Positions 1 through 6,165 of a stretch of DNA of 25,049 nt are shown here, one piece after another. Under the pieces are notes generated by a model. That model did no database searches, was not told where the DNA came from, and saw only the letters and a program-made list of their open reading frames with translations. The translations under genes were made by a program, and so were the position numbers. The stretch is from IMG/VR virus record IMGVR_UViG_3300027892_000146, positions 1 to 25,049 of that record; one strand, 5' to 3'. Position 1 is the stretch's first letter; each line of letters opens with the position of its first letter. This DNA is from a virus. Lineage: Duplodnaviria > Caudoviricetes.

Positions 1-155
1 TGATAGGAGAAGAAGGAACTGTGGTCGCTATTAGGAGAAGTAAAATCAGTATTTCTTTTGATAAACCCAAGGGTAGGTTCGCTAGAACCAACTCTAAAGG
101 GGAGATTTACTCTGCTCATGTGGTTGTTCCAATTTCGATAGTCGATAAGATTTAA
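1..155 (+). CDS. 3' end of hypothetical protein (partial; beta-rich, SH3/KOW-like)
   Basis: Open frame from base 3: IGEEGTVVAIRRSKISISFDKPKGRF...VVVPISIVDKI, TAA at 153-155. Confidence 0.6.
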   Translation, partial: IGEEGTVVAIRRSKISISFDKPKGRFARTNSKGEIYSAHVVVPISIVDKI

Positions 156-200
156 CAGCATTTTGGCAAATAAAAAGTAAAAAATCAGGCTAAACTAATT

Positions 201-306
201 CTCACCTCGGGTAGCGGTTAATCCCCTTTTCCGCGCCCGAGTTGAGAGCAGGGACTACCCCTTCATGCTCCGCCAACCCCCCACCGATCTGGGGGGTTTG
301 GTGTTT
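201..306 (+). ncRNA. Candidate small RNA: two hairpins with C-rich loops plus a terminator hairpin
   Basis: -10 TAAACT at 191-196. Stem CTCA-c-CTCGGG-ta-GCGG / CCGC-g-CCCGAG-t-TGAG with loop TTAATCCCCTTTT. Stem GAGCA/TGCTC. Stem CCCCCCA/TGGGGGG followed by a T-rich tail. No convincing ORF. Confidence 0.5.
272..306 (+). terminator. Intrinsic terminator
   Basis: CCAACCCCCCA-ccgatc-TGGGGGGTTTGG then TGTTT. Confidence 0.6.
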
Positions 307-350
307 AATCCAACAAAATCACCCTCCCGAGAGTAGGGTATTTTTTAACC

Positions 351-596
351 ATGGAAATCGTAGATAAGTATTATCACGCCAATGGGTCTGCCGTCCCCTT
401 TATTGCAGCCCTTGTTGATGATCCTGCTGACGGCGACACGAAAATTGTTATTATGTTTGATGAGAAGGATTTTACGGCTGTTTTATCGCTAGACTCTCTA
501 CTTCGGGATGAGGATGTTTCTGCGAGGAACAATGGCTACCACGGAGATAAGTATGAAAAACTCAGAGAAGATTTGTGGGATAGTTTTCTAAACTAA
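351..596 (+). CDS. Hypothetical protein, probably leaderless
   Basis: 81-aa ORF. TAnnnT (TATTTT 339-344) lies 6 nt before the ATG. Confidence 0.75.
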   Translation: MEIVDKYYHANGSAVPFIAALVDDPADGDTKIVIMFDEKDFTAVLSLDSLLRDEDVSARNNGYHGDKYEKLREDLWDSFLN

Positions 597-626
597 GCAA
601 AAAGTAAAAACAACAGGGGAAAAATC

Positions 627-1199
627 ATGACAACTATTGCAGCGATACAGGGCGAGAACTGGGCTGCCATTGGGTATGATTCAAGACTAACTGAAGACAA
701 CAGCAAGATATATACGCTGCCTAAAGACAGTGGGAAAGTAAATAAAAACGGTCCATACATAATTGGTGCGGCTGGTGACATGCGTGCTATCAACCTACTT
801 ACACATGTCCTCAAGCCGCCTGCAGTAAGTCCAAACCTTTACGGGGCAAAGTTAGACAAGTTTATGTCTTCTGTCTTTATTCAAGAGATGAAGCGCTGCT
901 TTGAGGAGAACTCTTACAGCAAAGACGGAGAGCATGATTCTCAGGTCATGGTTGTGGTTAATGGGACTATCTACGAAATTGGTGATGACTTTTCCTGGGC
1001 GCATGATGAAACAGGCGTATATGCCGTAGGTTCGGGTAGTGGCTACGCTATCGGAGCGATGCTGGCAAGCCTAGAGAACAAAAAGAAAACCTTAGCAACA
1101 GCCAAAAATGTTATTAGACAAGCAATAACTATTGCAGCCAAGTTAGATCCAAGCACGGGTTTGCCGATAAACATCTTGGTACAGCACTTCGGTCCTTGA
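627..1199 (+). CDS. HslV / proteasome-beta-like Ntn-hydrolase peptidase
   Basis: N-terminal M-T-T-I (Thr nucleophile), DSRLT, K in GKV, GAAGD, and YAVGSGSGYAIGA. SD AGGGGA upstream. Confidence 0.85.
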   Translation: MTTIAAIQGENWAAIGYDSRLTEDNSKIYTLPKDSGKVNKNGPYIIGAAGDMRAINLLTHVLKPPAVSPNLYGAKLDKFMSSVFIQEMKRCFEENSYSKDGEHDSQVMVVVNGTIYEIGDDFSWAHDETGVYAVGSGSGYAIGAMLASLENKKKTLATAKNVIRQAITIAAKLDPSTGLPINILVQHFGP

Positions 1200-1449
1200 A
1201 AGTTGTTTGCATCTGAGGGATCTGGCTGCTGAAGATCTATTTTTTACTTTTTGCTATTGCGGCTCTTGCTGCAATACCGCCCAGTTGTTTTGCATTTGAC
1301 TACAAACAACTTAGGAAGTCTAAAACCCCAAAAACACTGTCTCACAAGATGTTAAGACAAAACGGACATTTTGACTGTGATATAAGTCTCTCGTTCAAAA
1401 CTTGCTCTGCTTAGTATAATAGAAGTAGAAACTAAAGAAAGGGAGAAAG

Positions 1450-1647
1450 ATGAGCAGAGATAAGAGCGAGATTGAGTGTGCGGGGTGTAGTGCCGTGCTC
1501 TACTCACAAAAGACAGGTATGGAGTCGTGGGTTCATTACAACTCACGCACAGGCGACCTTTGGCATTTGATTTGTTGGGAAGAGTTCAAGGAGTTCCTCG
1601 ATTCAATGAGCGGCGTCGTTGCGGCTGATCTCATCAGCAAAAAGTAA
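1450..1647 (+). CDS. Small hypothetical protein with CxxC and HxxC (possible Zn-binding)
   Basis: SD AAAGGGAG, TATAAT at 1415-1420, motifs CAGC and HLIC. Confidence 0.7.
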   Translation: MSRDKSEIECAGCSAVLYSQKTGMESWVHYNSRTGDLWHLICWEEFKEFLDSMSGVVAADLISKK

Positions 1648-1757
1648 AAATTGCAGCAGCCTCGCTGTCTCGCTGCGTAAGTTGTTTGTAGGTGGGAAGC
1701 GCTTTTAATTTGAGCGTAGGAAGTCGCTGAAGGCGAACTATAAGAACTGTTGCCTTC

Positions 1758-1786
1758 TTGACAAAAAGTCAGGAAAGTGCTATCCT
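1758..1786 (+). promoter_or_regulatory. Sigma70/SigA-type promoter
   Basis: TTGACA-17-TATCCT with extended TGn. Confidence 0.75.
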
Positions 1787-1817
1787 TATGGAACAAGGTA
1801 GGAGAAAGGGGAACTCA

Positions 1818-1985
1818 ATGAGAGGCTTACCTGATAGTGCGGTACTAGGAACTTACAAACGCCTAACGCATAAGAAAAGACCTAGCGCACCTATTGTTTC
1901 TTACAAAGCGCAGGGGGATTTTGTCGCGGGTCTTTTATGGAAAATGGCAACCCCTCTTAGAAACAAACTAAACAATAAAAACTAA
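1818..1985 (+). CDS. Small basic hypothetical protein
   Basis: Start re-called at ATG 1818 after SD AAAGGGGA. The TTG at 1758 is the promoter -35. Confidence 0.65.
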   Translation: MRGLPDSAVLGTYKRLTHKKRPSAPIVSYKAQGDFVAGLLWKMATPLRNKLNNKN

Positions 1986-1988
1986 AAC

Positions 1989-2018
1989 TTGACAAATGTC
2001 ATGAAGATTTGATAAACT
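1989..2018 (+). promoter_or_regulatory. Sigma70/SigA-type promoter
   Basis: TTGACA-18-TAAACT with extended TGn. Confidence 0.7.
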
Positions 2019-2041
2019 CTCCATAGAAAGGAGAAACACAA

Positions 2042-2575
2042 ATGAAAACTTCTCCGCAAGACGAAGCACTAGAACTACTAGAAACAAAAATAGCACCACG
2101 CTCTTACACGATTGACTATCCAAAAGAGTTATGGTCAGAGGTTCTTCCCGGATTATTTCAGGGTGGAACTGATGATGATGATGTCTTTGACCAACTAGAA
2201 AAACCAATGATTACTAAGGAACAATTTGATTTAGTAGTTACCGCTTACTCGTTAGCCAACCCTGTTGATTGGTTCGTAAAAGAACTACGCTTTGGGTTCT
2301 ACGATAGCGACATGAAGGACTTTGACCCTAGTGACTTACAACCGATTGTTCGCATGGCGCATGCGGAGTGGAAACGCGGTCAGCGTGTTCTAATCCGTTG
2401 TCAAGCAGGTATGAATCGCTCAGGTCTGATTATGGCTTTGGTTCTTATTCGTGAAGGTTATACGGCTGAAGATGCCATTGACTTGATTAGAGCCAAGAGA
2501 AGCAAGCACGCCTTGTTCAATGGTCGCTTCGAGAAGTGGCTCAAAGAGGCAAGCGTCGAGGCTTGGAGAAACTAA
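2042..2575 (+). CDS. Dual-specificity / protein-tyrosine phosphatase family
   Basis: CX5R P-loop VLIRCQAGMNRSG, EVLPGLFQGG, general-acid D (FYDS), AIDLIRAKR. SD GAAAGGAG. Confidence 0.9.
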   Translation: MKTSPQDEALELLETKIAPRSYTIDYPKELWSEVLPGLFQGGTDDDDVFDQLEKPMITKEQFDLVVTAYSLANPVDWFVKELRFGFYDSDMKDFDPSDLQPIVRMAHAEWKRGQRVLIRCQAGMNRSGLIMALVLIREGYTAEDAIDLIRAKRSKHALFNGRFEKWLKEASVEAWRN

Positions 2576-2603
2576 TAGGCGACACGCCGAAAGTCAGGAA
2601 GGC

Positions 2604-2632
2604 TTGACTTATGTCAGGAAGGTCTGTATTAT
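2604..2632 (+). promoter_or_regulatory. Sigma70/SigA-type promoter with upstream GACACGCCGA element
   Basis: TTGACT-17-TATTAT; GACACGCCGA at 2581-2590. Confidence 0.75.
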
Positions 2633-2674
2633 TATCTTATTGGCAAATTGTCAATGAGGTCAAAGGGGGACTAC

Positions 2675-2830
2675 ATGAAGACGAAAGCAAAATACATTAG
2701 ACGCAGAGTTGCGGTAGCACTTGTTGTTGTTGGTCTTTTTGCTTGGGGGTTTGACGCTACAACACCCGAGATGTGCAAAGTGCCAACAGAGCAGATGAAC
2801 CAATTCTGCCTAGACCTGCTTTATCCATAA
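2675..2830 (+). CDS. Small membrane/secreted protein
   Basis: ATG 2675 after SD AAAGGGGGA; YIRRR followed by a hydrophobic helix; two Cys. Confidence 0.7.
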   Translation: MKTKAKYIRRRVAVALVVVGLFAWGFDATTPEMCKVPTEQMNQFCLDLLYP

Positions 2831-2848
2831 TAGAAAAAGGGGAAATAA

Positions 2849-3049
2849 ATGAAGATGAAAGATGAAAAAAAGATATACCGTTTTATAGCGGACGCCTTTG
2901 ATGAGGGGTTGATAGAACCTTCCGAGATGAGCCCTGCCGAACTTGGTAAGAAGATTCAAGATGATTATGAGGCTAATCCACCATCACTTATTGAACTCAT
3001 GCGGGCTCACATGTACATGATTCGACTTAAACTGAATAGGAAAAAGTAA
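2849..3049 (+). CDS. Hypothetical protein
   Basis: SD AAAAGGGGA, 66 aa. Confidence 0.7.
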   Translation: MKMKDEKKIYRFIADAFDEGLIEPSEMSPAELGKKIQDDYEANPPSLIELMRAHMYMIRLKLNRKK

Positions 3050-3051
3050 AA

Positions 3052-3207
3052 ATGAAGAAATGCGCTAATGGAACTTGCGAAAGCACGGAACTTGTTTATT
3101 CAGGGGTAGATGCTTTCTCGCTTGGTATCGAAACAGAAAAGTGGTGCTACACATGCGCCAATGCGATTGCTTTATCTAACCGAAAGGAAACAACTAATGT
3201 TGCTTGA
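3052..3207 (+). CDS. Small Zn-finger-like protein (51 aa, not in ORF track)
   Basis: MKKCANGTCESTELVYSGVDAFSLGIETEKWCYTCANAIALSNRKETTNVA; fills the gap between neighbours exactly. Confidence 0.7.
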   Translation: MKKCANGTCESTELVYSGVDAFSLGIETEKWCYTCANAIALSNRKETTNVA

Positions 3208-3364
3208 CACGGGAACACTCATTGCAATTACGATTGCGCTTGCTTGCTCATGCTTTGTTATGGTGGTTAGTATTAGGGCGCAGGGTAAGTTAATACAGGA
3301 AAACAACAGTCTCCGTAAAGAACTTACGGAACTTCATTACAACAGAGTGAAAGAAGGAATCTAA
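3197..3364 (+). CDS. Small membrane protein with coiled-coil tail
   Basis: Start re-called at ATG 3197 after SD GAAAGGA; one TM helix; TAATG coupling to the next gene. Confidence 0.7.
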   Translation: MLLDTGTLIAITIALACSCFVMVVSIRAQGKLIQENNSLRKELTELHYNRVKEGI

Positions 3365-3546
3365 TGGAAGAAACTGAGATACTGCTCGATTGTGACATTG
3401 CTTGTAGGTTTGAGTGGATTGAACTGTCTAGCAACTTTTTCGACATCTCCGTCTATACTCCCGCCGCGCTCGCGGTCTTGTTTGGAGTTTTAATTTACAG
3501 GGTTGTTAAGAGAAAGCAAGAGTCTGGTCTTAATGGCAAAAAGTAA
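3364..3546 (+). CDS. Small membrane protein
   Basis: Translationally coupled, one C-terminal TM helix. Confidence 0.65.
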   Translation: MEETEILLDCDIACRFEWIELSSNFFDISVYTPAALAVLFGVLIYRVVKRKQESGLNGKK

Positions 3547-3730
3547 AAAACTGGAGAGTCAGGCTGCAGAACTTTATAATTCTGGTCTGGCTATAGATAG
3601 CGTTGCGGTTGAACTGGGAGTTTGTTATAGAACTGCTAGGAAGGCTATCCGTAATGGTGGAGCGCAACTAAGAGATCCTTCTTCTCGCCTGAGGGGTAGG
3701 ACTAAACCTAAAAAGAAGGGCAACAAATGA
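3533..3730 (+). CDS. Helix-turn-helix DNA-binding protein
   Basis: AAELYNSGLAIDSVAVELGVCYRTARKAIRNGGAQLR; start re-called at ATG 3533. Confidence 0.8.
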   Translation: MAKSKKLESQAAELYNSGLAIDSVAVELGVCYRTARKAIRNGGAQLRDPSSRLRGRTKPKKKGNK

Positions 3731-3879
3731 ATAACTTAAATATCGTTTGGACTGCTGTAGGAACGCTGGTACTGGGTCTTGCGACCTTAGTGTCGGCTTG
3801 GCAAGGAGAGATGACTTATGTGGTGGCATTTGGTCTCACATCGATTGCTACGGCTACTTTGGCTAGCAGAGAGAAGTAA
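3727..3879 (+). CDS. Two-TM small membrane protein (50 aa, not in ORF track)
   Basis: ATGA overlap; MNNLNIVWTAVGTLVLGLATLVSAWQGEMTYVVAFGLTSIATATLASREK. Confidence 0.7.
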   Translation: MNNLNIVWTAVGTLVLGLATLVSAWQGEMTYVVAFGLTSIATATLASREK

Positions 3880-3897
3880 GCCGAAAAGATAGGTTTG

Positions 3898-3942
3898 GCA
3901 GAGACCCCCTGAAACTTGGTTTGGGACAGGGGGTTTTTTGCT
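3898..3942 (+). terminator. Terminator-like hairpin
   Basis: GCAGAGACCCCCTG ... CAGGGGGTTTTTTGC. Confidence 0.6.
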
Positions 3943-3956
3943 GTCTCGGCGTGTCT

Positions 3957-3985
3957 TTGACTATTTGTCATAAAGGTGATACTAT
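3957..3985 (+). promoter_or_regulatory. Sigma70/SigA-type promoter preceded by TCGGCGTGTC
   Basis: TTGACT-17-TACTAT with extended TGn; TCGGCGTGTC at 3946-3955. Confidence 0.75.
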
Positions 3986-4008
3986 TTAACTTAAAGGGGG
4001 GTATTTAG

Positions 4009-4119
4009 ATGAAAACCACGAAAAAACAAATCATTTATATTTCTTGCTGGAAATGCGGTAAAACTATGGCTGTAGAGGAGAATCACTACACAAATGGGCT
4101 TATTTGCGAGAGTTGCTAA
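4009..4119 (+). CDS. 36-aa Zn-ribbon protein (not in ORF track)
   Basis: SD AAAGGGGGG; MKTTKKQIIYISCWKCGKTMAVEENHYTNGLICESC (CxxC-x16-CxxC). Confidence 0.7.
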   Translation: MKTTKKQIIYISCWKCGKTMAVEENHYTNGLICESC

Positions 4120-4293
4120 GGCAGAACTCCACTTTCCTGCACTATTTGTGGTAACCTGATACATGAACGACCAAATGACTCATGACCTATGGACGCATTA
4201 GAAAGGTAGTTGTAGTACCTATCTCCCCAGAGCGGGTGATACGGGTTGGCTAGTTAAGCAACCTTGTCTCTGTCCCCTAACAAAGGAAAATCT

Positions 4294-4896
4294 ATGCACA
4301 AACTAAACAACAGAGTTGTCGAAAAAATAGCAAGCGTTTTACTTGCGGTGGTATTCGTATCAGTATTCTCTACACACATTCAAGCATCAAACGCACAGCA
4401 AACAATGCAGGGTAAAGATGCCCTGAAGAACCAGATAGATAAAGAAATACAACAGCATAAAGTAAAAATTAGGAACCTAGAGTTGAAGAAGTTCTCTGAG
4501 CAGACGACTCCCTTCACCGATGAAGAGTTAGCCAAGATGCTAAGCACCATTGGGTTTGAAGGTAGAGCACTCAAAGTAGCGTGGGCAGTTGTAAAGAAAG
4601 AATCAAATGGACGCCCTCTAGCCTTTAATGGCAATGTTAAAACAGGAGATAACTCATACGGCATCTTCCAAATCAATATGATTGGGGGATTAGGCGTAGC
4701 ACGGCGTGATAAGTACGAACTTAACTCCAACAAAGACTTGTTCGACCCAGTTGTCAATGCCCAGATTGCTTATCACATGAGCAATGAAGGTAGTAATTGG
4801 ACATCATGGGGGGTAGGTAAGTTCCCTTATAATGGTAATACCGAGCAAAGCAATTTTAATCTATGGATTACAAAGTTCCCAGAAGGGGAAAAATAA
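4294..4896 (+). CDS. Secreted lytic transglycosylase (lysozyme-like fold)
   Basis: SD AAAGGA before ATG 4294; signal peptide; catalytic ES motif (KKESNG), YGIFQIN, LFDPVVNAQIAY, WTSW. Confidence 0.85.
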   Translation: MHKLNNRVVEKIASVLLAVVFVSVFSTHIQASNAQQTMQGKDALKNQIDKEIQQHKVKIRNLELKKFSEQTTPFTDEELAKMLSTIGFEGRALKVAWAVVKKESNGRPLAFNGNVKTGDNSYGIFQINMIGGLGVARRDKYELNSNKDLFDPVVNAQIAYHMSNEGSNWTSWGVGKFPYNGNTEQSNFNLWITKFPEGEK

Positions 4897-5387
4897 TGAG
4901 CGATGAATTAAACCAAGATGCCCCAACCAGTTGGGAGATGCCGTCTGAGCCTGAAGCCCCTGCGGTTGCTGAAGTTGTTGATACTCCAGCAGAACCAGAG
5001 CTAGAACCAGAGCTCGAGCAAGTTGCTGAAGTTGTTGATACTCCAGCAGAACCTGCAGCTGAAGCTGAAGCTGTAGCTGAAGCTCCTGCAGCTGAAGAAG
5101 CAAAAAGTAAAAAATCAGATGCGGCAGAAGCTGCAGCTTACCAAGATGGAGAAGTTGTTGTGTTGTCTAAGCTAGTTCTTAGCGGCAATGAACGAAACTC
5201 TAGGTCAGTTGCTTTAGTTCAAGAACAGTTAATTGCTAAAGGGTATGTAGATGCCGACATGGATAAACGAGGTTGGTACAGAGAGAATACTCAGAAGGCG
5301 TTGTTAGAGTTCTGCGGTGATGAAGGTATTAACGAGTCCACAGTAAGTAAGTTGTTTGCGAACACGAAGGTTGCAATAGCCTATTAA
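4896..5387 (+). CDS. Acidic low-complexity protein with C-terminal peptidoglycan-binding-like domain
   Basis: TAATG coupling; Glu/Ala/Pro-rich N-terminus; SVALVQEQLIAKGY...GWYRENTQKAL resembles PG_binding_1. Confidence 0.7.
   Translation: MSDELNQDAPTSWEMPSEPEAPAVAEVVDTPAEPELEPELEQVAEVVDTPAEPAAEAEAVAEAPAAEEAKSKKSDAAEAAAYQDGEVVVLSKLVLSGNERNSRSVALVQEQLIAKGYVDADMDKRGWYRENTQKALLEFCGDEGINESTVSKLFANTKVAIAY
4965..5053 (+). repeat. 32-bp in-frame direct repeat (VAEVVDTPAEP x2)
   Basis: GTTGCTGAAGTTGTTGATACTCCAGCAGAACC at 4965-4996 and 5022-5053. Confidence 0.95.
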
Positions 5388-5391
5388 AACA

Positions 5392-5420
5392 AGAAAGCCC
5401 CCCTTGCGGGGGGCTTTTCT
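5392..5420. terminator. Bidirectional intrinsic terminator
   Basis: AGAAAGCCCCCC-TTGC-GGGGGGCTTTTCT between convergent genes. Confidence 0.85.
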
Positions 5421-5427
5421 GTAAGTC

Positions 5428-5538
5428 TTAGCGACGAACCTTCTTCATCTTGCGGTCTTGCTTGATAGTGTCAATAACAAATGGTGATGCGATTAGTGCT
5501 ACTCCTGCTAGGTATCCTGCTAGGACTAATGTGTTCAT
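5428..5538 (-). CDS. 36-aa single-TM protein (not in ORF track)
   Basis: MNTLVLAGYLAGVALIASPFVIDTIKQDRKMKKVRR; SD AAAGGGGAA; own promoter. Confidence 0.7.
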   Translation of the reverse strand: MNTLVLAGYLAGVALIASPFVIDTIKQDRKMKKVRR

Positions 5539-5583
5539 TTTGTTTCCCCTTTATCTGTAAGCACTCCTTGTGCTTATGAGATA

Positions 5584-5612
5584 AGACTACGATACCTTTA
5601 TAGGCTTGTCAA
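5584..5612 (-). promoter_or_regulatory. Leftward sigma70 promoter
   Basis: Minus strand TTGACA-17-TAGTCT. Confidence 0.7.
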
Positions 5613-5633
5613 GTATTATTAAGCGTTTTTCTT

Positions 5634-5649
5634 TGTGATGTCGGTCACA
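5634..5649. promoter_or_regulatory. CRP/FNR-family binding site
   Basis: Exact TGTGA-N6-TCACA; near copy GGTGA-N6-TCACG at 5720-5735. Confidence 0.6.
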
Positions 5650-5679
5650 ATGCGGTGGCTGTTTTTAGAGCCTAATTCT

Positions 5680-5709
5680 ATCGTATCATGAAAGACACCC
5701 TTATGTCAA
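5680..5709 (-). promoter_or_regulatory. Leftward sigma70 promoter
   Basis: Minus strand TTGACA-18-TACGAT with extended TGn. Confidence 0.55.
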
Positions 5710-5847
5710 AGGGTGTTGAGGTGATGTCTGTCACGATGCGGTAGCCCTCTCAAGCCTTTTTAAGGGGGGCTATTTGTTAGAGTGGGTCATAGTTCCTTCT
5801 CTTTAGCCTCTGCCTTAAGAGGGGGTTTCCTGCCTCATTTGAGCATA

Positions 5848-5880
5848 GAAAAACCCCCTATTTCTAGGGGGCTTTCCTTT
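5848..5880. terminator. Terminator-like hairpin
   Basis: GAAAAACCCCCTA-TTTC-TAGGGGGCTTTCCTTT. Confidence 0.6.
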
Positions 5881-5981
5881 AGACTTTAGGCTGATGTAAT
5901 CGAGAAGACTGCTCTCTCTCTCTGTTGCGGTGCCCTTTGAGGTGACCCCCCACCTATGCGGTGAGGGGTTTCTTAGGATTT

Positions 5982-6086
5982 TTATCCAAAAATAAAGCAT
6001 ACGGCTAGGGAAATACCTACCCCTATGAAAGCACCTACAGGAGCCATTACATCTAGGTTCTCATCTATCCAGTCAAGTATAAACAT
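5982..6086 (-). CDS. 34-aa single-TM protein (not in ORF track)
   Basis: MFILDWIDENLDVMAPVGAFIGVGISLAVCFIFG; SD AAAGGGGGAA; downstream hairpin at 5945-5970. Confidence 0.65.
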   Translation of the reverse strand: MFILDWIDENLDVMAPVGAFIGVGISLAVCFIFG

Positions 6087-6136
6087 TCTCTTCCCCCTTT
6101 TGGTGTCAATCACCCCTTGTGATTTCCAGTAAGTAC

Positions 6137-6165
6137 ACAGTATTACACTAGGACACATATGTCAA
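6137..6165 (-). promoter_or_regulatory. Leftward sigma70 promoter
   Basis: Minus strand TTGACA-17-TACTGT. Confidence 0.65.

Noticed and set aside
201-306. tRNA-like structure
   Set aside because: No T-loop TTCGA and no cloverleaf; no tRNA recognised anywhere in the window
3110-3196. N-terminal extension of the 3110-3364 ORF
   Set aside because: Overlaps the better 3052-3207 Zn-finger ORF; the SD supports ATG 3197
4965-5100. Direct repeats as a possible CRISPR array
   Set aside because: Only two in-frame copies, encoding a low-complexity peptide; no cas genes
5770-5790. Minus-strand ATG with SD AGAAGGAA
   Set aside because: Encodes only MTHSNK; possible remnant but not supportable
5815-6000. 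61-aa minus-strand ORF
   Set aside because: Starts inside the 5982-6086 gene in another frame and runs through two terminator-like hairpins
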